Shown here: one piece after another, positions 8,498-19,036 of the stretch
How the letters are laid out: every line of letters begins with the position of its first letter
Numbering within the stretch: the first letter of the stretch is position 1
Source: Candidatus Bathyarchaeota archaeon
GTDB taxonomy: Archaea; Thermoproteota; Bathyarchaeia; Bathyarchaeales; Bathycorpusculaceae
DNA: 25,398 bases
Direction of reading: 5' to 3'
Assembly (NCBI GenBank): GCA_963777155.1
Contig: CAVZPM010000018.1
Coordinates: 1 to 25,398, forward strand
Notes under the pieces: model-generated
Told to the model about the DNA's origin: nothing
Database searches by the model: none
The model's input: only the letters and a program-made list of their open reading frames with translations
Position numbers and translations under genes: made by a program

Positions 8498-9652
8498 TCA
8501 TTGAAAGTGCTCAGTGGAAGACGCTTGTCCAGTACTGCACAACGGAGCCTTTTGTAAATCTACAGGTTTTTTCTTAATATCATTATCTAATCGAGGCGTA
8601 TGCGCAATCAAGTCTCTAGCCCCTAAAACCTGCACACCAATAAAACCCACAAACAATGGGAACCAGAAACCCACGCTCCGCAGCAACAAGGCAGTTACTG
8701 CGCTTAATCCGGGGTCTATTCCGTAGAGCAGTAGAATGCTTGCTAAAATTATGTCAAGCGACCCCACTGAGAAGCTTGCTGCAGCATCCTGCACCGCAGT
8801 TGCTATGAAGTAGATTACGACGTAAAACTCGAGGGATTGGGGAATGCCGAGAGCGTAAAAGACGGCGATGTAAACGGATAATCCAAGTAAATATGAGATT
8901 AGATGAATGAAAAGTGGTTTGATTATTAATCTTGGGTTTTCACGGAATGTTTTGAATCCGCTGTAATAGCCAGCAAGTGATTTTTCTCTTTGCGTTTCCT
9001 TCCAAACGGAATAGCGTTTCGGGGAGATCTTCTTCAGGATTTTTTGGTATATCTTGCTGATGTTCTTTGCGGATTGTTTAACGAAGGCCAAGTAAAGAAG
9101 AACAGCAAGGTACAGTGTTACTCCGATTAAGAAGAAAACAAAAATGTTTGAGATAGCAGGGGTTATTCCCGACTTGAGAAAGACCAGGATTGCTCCGCTG
9201 TATAGTCCGAAGGCAACTATGATGTAGGCAACCAATCGGTTAGTTATGGCTGAAGCCGCAAGGACACCATAGCTTTTTCCTGTTTCCTTTTGCACAAGGT
9301 ACAGTCGTGTTAGTTCCCCACAAATTGTTGCGCATGGAAGAACTAAGTCGCTAAAGTATCCTACCCAATAGTAGAGGTAAATTCTCCGCAGACGGATTTT
9401 GATGGAACATACCCTTAGTATGCTGTTCCAGGCAAGTGACCAACAAAGTACTGAGGCAAGCACTGCAACAAGTGCAAGAGTGTAGAAGAATGCATATTGG
9501 GTTGAGTTTATGCCGTTTATGACCTTCAATATTTTGGGTATGCCAATGTAGAAATACAAGTAGATGATGAAGGCTACTAAACCACCTATCATAAAAAGAA
9601 CGGAACTTCTAATCGACAAGTACTTACTTACTGAAGACAATTTTTCACGCAA
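8498..9652 (-). CDS. lysylphosphatidylglycerol synthase TM / flippase-like (UPF0104, AglD2-like) membrane protein
   Basis: 384 aa with about 8 TM segments and the motifs W..IL, VLP..TICGE..R.Y, GSLD and LLLR...FWFP..VG. Confidence 0.8.
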   Translation of the reverse strand: MREKLSSVSKYLSIRSSVLFMIGGLVAFIIYLYFYIGIPKILKVINGINSTQYAFFYTLALVAVLASVLCWSLAWNSILRVCSIKIRLRRIYLYYWVGYFSDLVLPCATICGELTRLYLVQKETGKSYGVLAASAITNRLVAYIIVAFGLYSGAILVFLKSGITPAISNIFVFFLIGVTLYLAVLLYLAFVKQSAKNISKIYQKILKKISPKRYSVWKETQREKSLAGYYSGFKTFRENPRLIIKPLFIHLISYLLGLSVYIAVFYALGIPQSLEFYVVIYFIATAVQDAAASFSVGSLDIILASILLLYGIDPGLSAVTALLLRSVGFWFPLFVGFIGVQVLGARDLIAHTPRLDNDIKKKPVDLQKAPLCSTGQASSTEHFQ

Positions 9653-9907
9653 ATTTGCTTTTGGTTATACAAGAAACCTTGCTTGTTAGAGCTAAATAGC
9701 TTTGTAGTTGCTTTTTGTAGTCACAAAACAATATTTGTTCTTCCTATTATTTTGGCAAATGACATTATGTGGGATTTGCGATAAGTAAGCTGGATAAAGA
9801 TCCAAGTGTTCGCAGGGTTTATTCAATTATGATGTTACCTTCAACGTGGAAAAAAGTTGTTTAACCTTAAGGAAGAGTTGGAATATAGTAGCGAGTAGAC
9901 CTTCTCT

Positions 9908-11332
9908 TTATTTTAACGGTTGAAATCCCATTGGCCAGTTCGGTGGTTTTTTGTTGAGTTCCTGTTTTTTCTGGTGGATAGCTGCAACAGTGGCATGAAC
10001 ATTCTTTTCCTCAACGACTAATATGATTTGTGAGGTGTGGGGTGCGAAGATGCCGCGTTTGATGTTGATTCCTGAGATTGCGCTGATGGCAAGGGAGGCT
10101 ACTCCGGGAGAATCCTTCATACGGTCGCCGATGAGCGTTACCACGCCTAAACCATAGTCGATTTTCATGTTCTCATCGAAGCCCTTGAGTTTTTCCTCGT
10201 TCTTTTTCAGGAAGTCTGAGTCTAAGAATAGGAAGTCTCGAATGCGTTCGCCTGTTTCCATGGTTTCTGCTCCGAGATCCATGAAGTCGTTTCTACGTTC
10301 CCAGATCCTAAGGGAATCTTCCAGCGAGCGACTTTTCTCGTCACTCATCGAAAGAATAGCACAGCCAGATTTGCCTGTCAAGCACTTCACGACTTCACCC
10401 CCGGTTGTTTGCGCTTCAATAATTGAGAACATTTTGGGTTCATCGATAGGCACCACCATCAGCGGCTGACCAAACCGTCTCGCCATGGCAATTGCTGGGC
10501 TCTGCACGATTTTCATGCCCATCATCGAGGCCTTGTGGGCTTCGTTGTAGGTTAAGGCGTTGACATGTTCAGTTTTCTGTCCCCTAACAACTTTAGGGTC
10601 AGCGCTTTGAACAGGTACGTCCTTGTAGAGAAGCGTTTTTGTCAAGTAAACATCCTTCAGCAGGCAGGAAACAAAAACCGCAGTTAAGTCTGATCCACCT
10701 CTGCCCAGAACGGTTTCAAGGCCGTCTGGTGTTACACCCAAGAAACCAGCTAAACATACGACTTTGTTTTCTTCTAAGGGTTCAATTAGAGAATGGAGGC
10801 TTTTTTTGCTTGATTCATAGTTGGGCAATGCGTCTTCAAAGTTGTCGTCAGTTACAACTGGCCAATCTTCCATAGTGAGGCAGTATGAGTCCAAGCCGTT
10901 GCTTTTTAGGATGTAATCCATCAAAGTGGACATGGCGAGTTCCCCTCCTAATGTGAGCACTCGGGCTTTGATGTTGCCACTGAAACGCTTGTTAACTGCG
11001 TCAAGAGTGGTTTGGGTCAGAGCTTTATAGTTGGCAAGTTCATCCTGTGCTTGCCTAAGCAGGTTACCCTTGACGTATTGTTTTGCTAAACGTTCATAGA
11101 TTTCAAAAACTGGCTCCAAAGACAACTGGCAGGCTTGTGCATAGGATTCACCTATCTTGATGAGGGCGTCAGTGCAACCCATTGGTGCAGAGAACACTAT
11201 GACTGGTCCACTGCCGTCTTTTTCCCTGATTTCTTTTATCTGCTTGACTATTTTGGGGATTCCCTTGCCTTCCGCGTCAAGGAGGCTGCCGCCGAATTTA
11301 GCTACTGAAACCGTCTTGAAAGCGCATTCCAC
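9908..11332 (-). CDS. lysC: aspartate kinase with C-terminal ACT domain
   Basis: VAKFGGS, VFSA, GE..MS, AGFLG...LGRGGSDLTA, DV...ADPK.V, Y.EA, and the ACT segment VTLIGDRMKDSPGVAS. Confidence 0.9.
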   Translation of the reverse strand: MECAFKTVSVAKFGGSLLDAEGKGIPKIVKQIKEIREKDGSGPVIVFSAPMGCTDALIKIGESYAQACQLSLEPVFEIYERLAKQYVKGNLLRQAQDELANYKALTQTTLDAVNKRFSGNIKARVLTLGGELAMSTLMDYILKSNGLDSYCLTMEDWPVVTDDNFEDALPNYESSKKSLHSLIEPLEENKVVCLAGFLGVTPDGLETVLGRGGSDLTAVFVSCLLKDVYLTKTLLYKDVPVQSADPKVVRGQKTEHVNALTYNEAHKASMMGMKIVQSPAIAMARRFGQPLMVVPIDEPKMFSIIEAQTTGGEVVKCLTGKSGCAILSMSDEKSRSLEDSLRIWERRNDFMDLGAETMETGERIRDFLFLDSDFLKKNEEKLKGFDENMKIDYGLGVVTLIGDRMKDSPGVASLAISAISGINIKRGIFAPHTSQIILVVEEKNVHATVAAIHQKKQELNKKPPNWPMGFQPLK

Positions 11333-11609
11333 CTATAGGAATTAGCAACATAAAGGTAAGGTTTAATAAAATTTTCTAGTTTTTCGGCAGCTAAATGTTA
11401 GTCGCTCTTTAACCTAGAGCTGTCGACTGTTCATCTGACTGCTGTTTCTCCTGATGATAACTGTTACACCACTATTTTCCCTTTGATTGAATAATTATGA
11501 TTGCGGATTCATGATAGAATCAACTTCTTACCTGTAATGCGTGGCTAAAAAAAGAAAAGGAAATAAACGCCGACACGCTTCAAAATAAACAAGAAGGTTT
11601 TAGTTAGTT

Positions 11610-12020
11610 ATGTATGACGGATTTGTATTTTTCTGCACGAAAACTTCCCAGCAACAATGTTTAAGCAACAAACGATATACCTGCTCTGACCAAAAAACCA
11701 AACCCAATGAAGAAGACATTAAAGCTGGTTCAATAATTTTCCTTTTTAACATTGATGATAAGAGTCTGCTTGGTCCTTTCACAGCCATGACGGAAGAAGA
11801 CGAGTTGGATGCTGGTGCATGGGCCATGGATGTTGACACTCATATCCCCTCTGAAGACATTAAAGTTGCCTGGGAAGACCTGCACATTATCCAAAATGCT
11901 CCAGAAGAACTCCCGTTCTTGAAGGATCTCAAAACCTGCAAATTGACCTCAATGCAGACCCAACGAACCTTAGACATACTAAAGAAGGGAGAACTCTACA
12001 TCTATACAAAAAACAAGTAA
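11610..12020 (+). CDS. stand-alone DCD (development and cell death; PUA/EVE-like) domain protein
   Basis: GFVFFC...QQCL.....IKAGSIIFLFN......GPF.A......D..AW follows the DCD pattern G.IF.C...ECF.....IKPG..LFLFN......GIFEA.....IDP.AW. Confidence 0.7.
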   Translation: MYDGFVFFCTKTSQQQCLSNKRYTCSDQKTKPNEEDIKAGSIIFLFNIDDKSLLGPFTAMTEEDELDAGAWAMDVDTHIPSEDIKVAWEDLHIIQNAPEELPFLKDLKTCKLTSMQTQRTLDILKKGELYIYTKNK

Positions 12021-12021
12021 A

Positions 12022-12186
12022 TTAAAATTTTTTTGCTTCTAACTCTACGATTTTATGGCAGTTAAGGCATCGAGTAAAGTTCAATTCGAAACCGTTGAGC
12101 AAGTCAAACTGTCTCTGGTTGTACACTTTCTGTTTCTCATGTACACAGTTAAGCTGCCGCTCTTCAAACAAAATATCCTTCTCCAT
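12022..12186 (-). CDS. small Cys/His metal-binding protein
   Basis: GGAG-rich SD before ATG 12186; 54 aa with CxH...CxxCH. Confidence 0.7.
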   Translation of the reverse strand: MEKDILFEERQLNCVHEKQKVYNQRQFDLLNGFELNFTRCLNCHKIVELEAKKF

Positions 12187-12270
12187 TCTCCTTCTCCTCA
12201 ATAGAATTAAGAAATGAGGTAGGCTTAAAAAAGTTTGCAATGATTCAGCTAAATAAAAAAATGGAGAAGG

Positions 12271-12696
12271 TTAAGTACCTTTTATTTGTGCTTCAACATT
12301 AACGGGCACCGCTTCTTTGTAGACAAACATCACTGGGCAATTGGCTTCTGTCCGTCTCCAAGCTGCTTCCACCAAGCCTTTTCTTGCTGGCGAGTCAATG
12401 TTTACTTTCATCGTTACTCCAGTTAGCGTCGGAGAGTTGCCTGATTTTTCTGCTTCGACAACAATCTCAATTTTCCCTGGATCAACCTTGCTGTTTTTGC
12501 AGACATCAGCGTAAATAATGACTCCGCAACCAGCCAACGCCATCAACGCAAGCTCCAATGGTGTGGGTCCGGCGTTTGTTCCTCCGGCTGCCTCAGATAA
12601 ATCACAGATAACCTTGTGTCCTCTGCTGTTGTCGGTTTCTAATCGGACATTTTCAAGAAGTTTCGCGTTTGCTTTTAGTTTTGCCATAGAAATCAC
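12271..12696 (-). CDS. OsmC/Ohr/YhfA family protein
   Basis: D.....GG.NAGPTPLEL.L.ALAGC and a second conserved Cys in NCPV. Confidence 0.9.
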   Translation of the reverse strand: MISMAKLKANAKLLENVRLETDNSRGHKVICDLSEAAGGTNAGPTPLELALMALAGCGVIIYADVCKNSKVDPGKIEIVVEAEKSGNSPTLTGVTMKVNIDSPARKGLVEAAWRRTEANCPVMFVYKEAVPVNVEAQIKGT

Positions 12697-12824
12697 TGGT
12701 AAAGAATTATGCCGCTGTCAATTTAAGAATTCTGTTTCGTTAGCGGACCCATAGAATCTGGATAAATAATGTGAAGCGTTAAATAGCAAAAAAACCGTTT
12801 CCTCATAACAAAGAGGCTCAAACC

Positions 12825-13890
12825 TTGAAAAATAAAGGTCCACTATTTATCGTACCCTGGCGATGCACGTTTGCATGCGACAGTAACTGCGTCCACTGCG
12901 CCTCAGCACAAAAATCACCCGCTCCAGACGAAATGAGCACTGAAGAAGCGAAAAAAATCGTTGACCGTATCGCCGATTTTGGGGCAACTTTTTTTGGAGT
13001 TACGGGTGGGCAGCCGTTTCTCCGCAAGGATCTCTTTGAAGTGCTTGATTATGCTACAGAAAAAGGTTTGAGCACGAGCATAATAACGGATGGGCGCCTT
13101 CTCGATGAGGAAATGTTCAAAAAAATTGTCAAGAACCAAACAAAAATTTCTGTAAGTATCGATGGTACCGAGAAAACTAATGATGCAATCCGCGGCAAAG
13201 GTGCCTACAAATCGGCAATCTCAGCCATCGAGCGTTTTTCAAAAGAAAAACTCCTAAATTGCCTAGTTTATACGTTTGCAAACATAGGCAAAAAAACCAA
13301 TGCAAACGAAGATGATATGTTGCATGTGCTGGATTTAGCTAAAAAGTACGATGCACGCTGGGTGGTCTTCCATGGCATGATTCCATACAGCAGCGATAAA
13401 GCCTGCCTCAAAGCCGACTTAACCCCTGCCCAGTACGAGTGGGTATGCAACAAACTCTACGACCTCACACCCCTAATACAACGGAAAACCCTGCATCAAC
13501 GTCTACATTCCGTTCTACGCCCGAGTAGCCAAACAACGCGGCATGCCAGACTTCGACAACTGGTACAACAACTTCTTCTTGGGTAGGTGCTTTTTTGGAA
13601 AATTCATGAGCGTGGCAGAGAACGGCGAAGTTATTCCCTGCAGCTACAACGATGCTTACCGAGTCGGAAACGTCAAAGACAAATCACTCGGAGAGATCTG
13701 GGAGGGAATGCAGAGTAGCGAATTCTTTAGCAAAGTCAAAGACAAAGCTAACATAAAGGGCAAATGCGGCGTCTGCGAATACAATGATCTCTGCGGTGGA
13801 TGTCGATCAGCAGCATTATTCTATACTGGAGACATATTAGGGTCCGACCCTAGATGCGGCTACATTCCAGCTGCTCTTAGAAAAAATTAA
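12825..13890 (+). CDS. radical SAM protein with SPASM domain (PqqE/AhbC-AhbD-like), 1-bp frameshift near 13470
   Basis: CDSNCVHC, TGGQPFLR and VSIDG...D.IRG.G. The C-terminal ORF has C...PC...GN...C..C....CGGCR...D..C. The frames join at the C-run near 13470. Confidence 0.85.
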
Positions 13891-13978
13891 GCCCCCAATA
13901 GCTCTCAGATCTCACGTTTGCTTGAGATAAATGAATCGCTATTGAGAGAATGGCGGATAGTGACTTCTCTATCCATAC

Positions 13979-14955
13979 TTAGTTTACTGGGCGATTCTGT
14001 TTAAGGATGGATGCAACGGTTGCAGCGGTTCTGCGCCTACGTCTAATAACAACCACGATAGCTACAAGAGCAATTAATACAGCTATAACAACGACAATGG
14101 CTATCCAAGGTGTCGTGGCTGGATTTAGAGTCTGCATGAAGGGTATTTGTATGGTGAAGGCATGTTGACTCTGACTGTATATGCATGAAATGACCCATAC
14201 ATCGTCTTGTGGTTCGCTGGAAAACGCAAACGCAATCGGTTTTCCATCAATGTTTACTCCCAGCGTGTGGATGTCGCTTACAAGAGTTTTCGGGATGCAA
14301 ACGTGGACATATCCTGTTGTGCTTGTGGTTCCATTCGTGTTGAAGCTGATTGTTTGGGTTGCCGCGGTATAGTTAAGGTCGGATATGGTTGAGTTTGACG
14401 CTACGGAGAAAACGTTGCCTGCTGAATCGGGCATAAGCGCTAGGTTTACAGTAGCGTTCATCCAATGTAGTGTTGAGTTTCCGTCCCATTTAGCGTTGAG
14501 CAAGTAGTTGCCAGTTGCGTTGGGGATCCAAAGTGCTCCAAAGCCCCCATCAGGCTCGGGTTTGTACCAATGAGAAGTTTTCCCACCTGTTTCCAGAGTC
14601 AGCGCTGAAGGAGAGATATATAGATGCACTGGGGATGGCGGTTTTGTTGTAAGTTAGGGTGCCCGTTACTGTAACTTTGAGATTGCTTGTGGCAGCGGTG
14701 CTTTTGCAGTCAATCTCTATAGTGGGTTTAGCTGTAGGGTTCTGGTCTGGGCGTTGGGATTGGAGTTACGGTTGGTTCAGGAGTAGGTGAGGGGGTAGGT
14801 GTTGACGTTGAAAATTGAAAAGGAGAATCGGCCAGCGGAGTATAGGCAGGGTTTCCATTATGTGTCAAAGTAATCGTTGAGGAAGCTGCAAGAGCGGTAC
14901 AGCTTGAAATTATGAGGATTATTGCGAGAAGACCTAACAGTTTAATATTTGTCAT
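13979..14955 (-). CDS. secreted surface protein (signal peptide, PT-rich linker, Ig-like domains, C-terminal TM), frameshifted
   Basis: ATG 14955 MTNIKLLGLLAIILIISS..., STPTPSPTPEPTVTPIPTP, DGGF...W.P.ATGNY...A.W.G, SNSTIS.L.Y, GY..V.IPK.L, then TM and RRRRR. Confidence 0.75.
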
Positions 14956-15221
14956 GGAAACACCCACTACCGATTGTTTTCTTCTGATATCCAAGCGCTG
15001 ATATTAGGCGGTGTGAATTTAAGGGTTTTTGAATTTATGCGAATCAAAAACACATTAGTTTGCTACCAAATCATCTTTTGAGCTTTTTAAGTCATTCAAA
15101 TTTGGCTAGAGTAAGTGGAGCTCCAGTATCAATTCCAAGAGTATTTTACGTTTGCTATAGCTAACTAGGTGAAAGAGTATAATTTGCCAAAACCTTTAAG
15201 GAAAAATAATTAGCGAGAGCA

Positions 15222-15278
15222 ACGTGCACCCAATAATGTTTGGAAGAGAGAGGGGCAAGGAATCGGTTGGATGCACGT
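15222..15278 (-). other. 12-bp stem with a large CU-rich loop in the 3' UTR of the 15286-15555 gene
   Basis: Minus strand ACGUGCAUCCAA (15278-15267) pairs with UUGGGUGCACGU (15233-15222), including one U-G pair. The loop contains CCUUGCCCCUCUCUCUUCC. Confidence 0.5.
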
Positions 15279-15285
15279 CACACAG

Positions 15286-15555
15286 TTATGGGTGTCTCAA
15301 GCTCCGTCGGAAGAGGAAACCATAGATTTGTCTGGAACGGTTGTAGTTCTGTTGAGCTTTGGCTTTTGGATAGGACAGTTTTTGTGAACCTTTGCTTGTT
15401 ATGAAGACGGAGCCGCCGTTCTTGAGGTGCTCTTTAACTTGGCAAAAATCCACTTGTTTTGCTTCTTGAACTTCAACGTCGTCGCTGGCGTCGTTGTCGA
15501 GGAGCAACACTTGAAATACCGATGGCTTTGTTCTTTTCCTTAGTTGTATAGTCAA
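15286..15555 (-). CDS. hypothetical protein
   Basis: 89-aa ORF, TTG start after GAAGGAAGGA, TATA-like sequence about 45-55 nt upstream. Confidence 0.7.
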   Translation of the reverse strand: MTIQLRKRTKPSVFQVLLLDNDASDDVEVQEAKQVDFCQVKEHLKNGGSVFITSKGSQKLSYPKAKAQQNYNRSRQIYGFLFRRSLRHP

Positions 15556-15651
15556 AAATAATCCTTCCTTCAGGTTTGAGAGTAACCTTATATTTCTTCA
15601 AAAAATGTTTAAAGCTATGTTGTTGCTAGCGCACTACCACAAGAAAAAACT

Positions 15652-16310
15652 TTACTGCAGGATAAACTTGAGGATTCTTGGGTCTTTTAGGGATCCAACA
15701 ATTAAATCAGGCTTTTCAACAGCAAGCTCTTGGCGGGAGTAAACGCCTGTTGTAACGGCAATGCATCCCATTTCTGCGGATTTGGCGGCTTTTACGCCAA
15801 AAATCGAATCTTCAAAAACCACACTTCTTTGTGGGTTAGCATTTAGGCTCTCAGCAGTTTTTAGGAAAATTTCTGGGTCAGGCTTTGAGTGAGAAACCGC
15901 TTCAACTGTTAAGATCGTATCAAAACAGTCCGCTATACCGTTAATTTGAAGCAAGTGCATGATGACGGAGCGGTTATTCATCGATGCCAAACCCACTCTT
16001 TACCTTGCCCCGCAGTTCTTCCAAAAGCTCTCTTGCGCCCTCAAACAACAGCTACCTCGTTGGCTAATTCGATTTGCACTTTACTTTTCCGCTCAACAAG
16101 CTGCTTAACAATTTTCTCGTCAACTCGTCTATTTGCTGCTTGAAGAATTTCGCGGAAGGTTTCAGATGCACCGATGCCGATTCTGCGTTCAATATATTCG
16201 GTGGGGACTTCGAGGTTAATTTCTTTAAGCGCTTTTTGGAATGAAACTACGATTGCTTTTCGTGTATCGGCGAGTGTTCCGTCCCAATCGAAGATTACTG
16301 CTTCAAACAT
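15652..16310 (-). CDS. HAD-superfamily phosphatase (subfamily IA), frameshifted near 16000-16050
   Basis: VIFDWDGTLADT (motif I), LASMN (II), KPDPEIF (III), FEDS..GV.AA..A.M (IV). Translationally adjacent to proC. Confidence 0.88.
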
Positions 16311-16319
16311 TACGTTTCG

Positions 16320-17129
16320 CTATGTGAGGTTTAGTTTTTCTCGGATGGCTTGGCTTTTTTTGGTGGCTTCTTCGATGGCGCGTATCATGGCGGGTCGAAT
16401 CTGAGATTGCTCGATTTGGTAGATGGCTTCGATGGTTGTTCCGCCTGGCGTGGTGGTCATGTCTTTGATTTTTGCTGGGTCCTCGTTTAGGTCGATGACG
16501 AGTTTGCCTGTTCCCATCACGGTTTGGGCGGCGCATTTTAAAGCGATGTTTCTTGGCAACCCAACCTTCAACCCTGCGTAGGTTAAGGCTTCGATGATGA
16601 TTGACATGTAGCCTGGTCCACTGCCGCTGACCGCTGTGATGGCATCCATGTATTTCTCGTCCACCTCATCGCAGACACCCATCATGTTCAGAAGGGTTTT
16701 GACTTTTTCTTTGTCTTCTGCTGTGACGTTTTCTCCGCAGCAATAAGCCGTATATGCAGCCTGCACCATCGCTCCAAGGTTAGGCATTATCCTCACAATT
16801 TTGCATTCTGCTGGAGCATTCTTCTTTAGAAAGCTAAGGGGCACAGTGGCAGCGACGGATATGAGGAGTTTGCCCTTGATTTCCTTGCTTATTTCCTTGA
16901 GGACTTTCTCAACGTCGCCTGGCTTAACAATTATGAAAACGATGTCGGCGTCGGCGGCGGATTTACGGTTATCTGAGGAGACTTTGACACCTAACTTTTC
17001 CAAGTCACCGAGTTTTTCTGGTGCAATGTCTACTGCTGTGATTTTGCCAGCGTATTTGCCTTTGATTAGGCTTTTGATTATGGCGCTTCCCATCATGCCT
17101 GCGCCGATTACAGTGATTTTATCGTTCAT
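16320..17129 (-). CDS. proC: pyrroline-5-carboxylate reductase
   Basis: IGAGMMG, VKP, ISVAA, RIMPN, TAVSGSGPGY, TTPGGTT. Confidence 0.96.
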   Translation of the reverse strand: MNDKITVIGAGMMGSAIIKSLIKGKYAGKITAVDIAPEKLGDLEKLGVKVSSDNRKSAADADIVFIIVKPGDVEKVLKEISKEIKGKLLISVAATVPLSFLKKNAPAECKIVRIMPNLGAMVQAAYTAYCCGENVTAEDKEKVKTLLNMMGVCDEVDEKYMDAITAVSGSGPGYMSIIIEALTYAGLKVGLPRNIALKCAAQTVMGTGKLVIDLNEDPAKIKDMTTTPGGTTIEAIYQIEQSQIRPAMIRAIEEATKKSQAIREKLNLT

Positions 17130-17198
17130 GAGTGCTCACTTTATCTTGTAGAAACACGGGTTTTGCTCTTTAAACTTTCGCAGCCAAGAAACTGGTGC

Positions 17199-18419
17199 CT
17201 ATTTGGCTGTGACTAGATCTCTGAGCACTTTATGCATTGCTAAGGCGGGCGCGTTTGTTTTTATGCTTCTGGGGTTGAAGTGGGTTTGGACTGCTTGGAA
17301 GCCGCTACGCTGAAGAGCAGCCAAGAATGCTTGGTTTGATGGGGCTGGGAGGTTGAGTTTTCCGCTTAACTTGTCAATAACGTAGTAAGTGGGAGGTTCC
17401 GTGGCTTCGGCTTTGGTTAGGGTTAGGAGTTTTGTTATTTTAGCGCTGTTTTTGAAAGCGGTATTCTGGTTTTCCTTGATCATTTGTTCAATGAAGGCTT
17501 GGTCAGAGATACTTCCTATCCATAATGGTCCTGCATGCTCCATTTTTGCGCCGCATTCAGGACATTGACTACTTTTACCGAAAATTTGACGAGTAGTTTC
17601 ACGGTGCATACAGCCAAAGCAGTGCAGAATATAGCCTGTTGACTTGAGGCTTTCGTCAGCTTTTTGGCAGCCGTACCCGATTTGGGCGTAGACTCGAATG
17701 TAGTGGTCGCTGCTGTGGCTGAACAGAATTCGAATTCCAATATCATGCTTCGCCGCCACCGATGCCATGCATCCCGCCAAGAGCCGCACCGCCAACTCAT
17801 GACAATACTCCGTGCGCAATGGTTTGCCACCGTACTTTCGCACACAAGCCTTTGCATGAACCCCGCAGAGAGGAGCCAAATCAGTTGCAGTAGCGGCAAT
17901 TAACCCATTGTTTTTTATTGCCCTGAACGCTGAATCCAAAAAGGGCACTGGAGTACCAAAGGGGTCGATGTCTATTATGTCGAAGCGTTTTTTGGGCGAG
18001 GCATTGTCACTTAAAACGGCGTTAGCGTCTTTGTGTTCGAGGGTGATTTTATTTTCCATCTTGTTTAATTCAATGTTGTATTTTGCCAAATCTACAGCTG
18101 AGGTGTTGATGTCACTCAGCATCACCCTTGTTACTCCCTCGATTTCGACTGCAAAACGGATTCCTCGAATGCCTTGGCTGGTGAACGGTTCGCAGATACT
18201 GATTTCATGGTTAACCATATGCTGGTAAGCTTTGAATGCTAAAACGGTTAAGTCACGGTTGAATTCCATGACGGGGTTGTAGAAGACTGGTGCTTTAGAG
18301 GGTGCATAATCGCTGGGAACGACGCCATAGGCTGCGAGTTTAGGCACTAAGACTTGGACTTTGCCTTCTTTGATTATTTCGCTTGGAAAATCTGCGACGT
18401 AGCCTGCTTTGTTTGCCAT
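17199..18419 (-). CDS. trm1: tRNA (guanine26-N2)-dimethyltransferase Trm1
   Basis: PVFYNPVM..NRD, GIRGIR, DIDPFGTP.PFLD, TATD.A.L.G, E.AVR.L, HY.R, zinc ribbon, GPLW.G, THF....IKTNA. Confidence 0.95.
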   Translation of the reverse strand: MANKAGYVADFPSEIIKEGKVQVLVPKLAAYGVVPSDYAPSKAPVFYNPVMEFNRDLTVLAFKAYQHMVNHEISICEPFTSQGIRGIRFAVEIEGVTRVMLSDINTSAVDLAKYNIELNKMENKITLEHKDANAVLSDNASPKKRFDIIDIDPFGTPVPFLDSAFRAIKNNGLIAATATDLAPLCGVHAKACVRKYGGKPLRTEYCHELAVRLLAGCMASVAAKHDIGIRILFSHSSDHYIRVYAQIGYGCQKADESLKSTGYILHCFGCMHRETTRQIFGKSSQCPECGAKMEHAGPLWIGSISDQAFIEQMIKENQNTAFKNSAKITKLLTLTKAEATEPPTYYVIDKLSGKLNLPAPSNQAFLAALQRSGFQAVQTHFNPRSIKTNAPALAMHKVLRDLVTAK

Positions 18420-18499
18420 TTGGTCTGCTCCAGAGATGTTGGTATGAAAAGAATTTAATCGGCATATTAGACTTATGGTTAGTTGGTGTAAAAGACTTG

Positions 18500-19036
18500 A
18501 TGACGAGGGTTTTGATTTTGACTGGTGCTCCAGGGGTTGGAAAAACCACTCTGCTCACTAAGATTGTGGATACCTTAAAAGCCAAAGGCATTAGTGTCGG
18601 AGGCATGATTAGCCGTGAAGTGCGGGAAGATAACGTGCGGGTGGGTTTTGAAATTCTGGATTTAGCCAGTGGTAGACATGGTTGGTTGGCTCAAGTAAAC
18701 GGACAAAGTGGTCCACAAGTAGGAAAGTACCGCGTCAACCTTGACGATCTCGACGACATCGGTACCTCTGCTATCACTCAAGCCCTCGAAAAATGCAGTG
18801 CCATAGCCATCGACGAGATAGGTCCCATGGAGCTTTACTCGCAGAAATTCAAACAAGCCGTAGTACAGGCATTGGGAAGTAAAAAGCTGGTGTTAGTGGT
18901 CGTGCATGGAAAAGCCAACGACCCGCTGGTAACTCAGGTTAAACGAAGAGTTGATGCCGAGATTTTTAATGTAACTTTTTCTAATAGAGAAAGCCTGCCT
19001 GAGCAACTAGTACAAAAAGCCTTAGCTGCACTTTAA
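18500..19036 (+). CDS. nucleoside-triphosphatase, THEP1 family
   Basis: LTGAPGVGKTT, GGM.S.EVR...RVGF, VGKY.V, IDEIGPMEL. The likely start is ATG 18500 (or TTG 18497); the longer 18383 start would overlap trm1. Confidence 0.92.
   Translation: MTRVLILTGAPGVGKTTLLTKIVDTLKAKGISVGGMISREVREDNVRVGFEILDLASGRHGWLAQVNGQSGPQVGKYRVNLDDLDDIGTSAITQALEKCSAIAIDEIGPMELYSQKFKQAVVQALGSKKLVLVVVHGKANDPLVTQVKRRVDAEIFNVTFSNRESLPEQLVQKALAAL

Noticed and set aside
11430-11500. C/D box sRNA (CTGATGA at 11451)
   Set aside because: No properly placed downstream CTGA box D or terminal stem.
14735-14810. Repetitive GGT/AGT-rich tract
   Set aside because: It encodes the Pro/Thr linker of the surface protein and is not a DNA repeat element.
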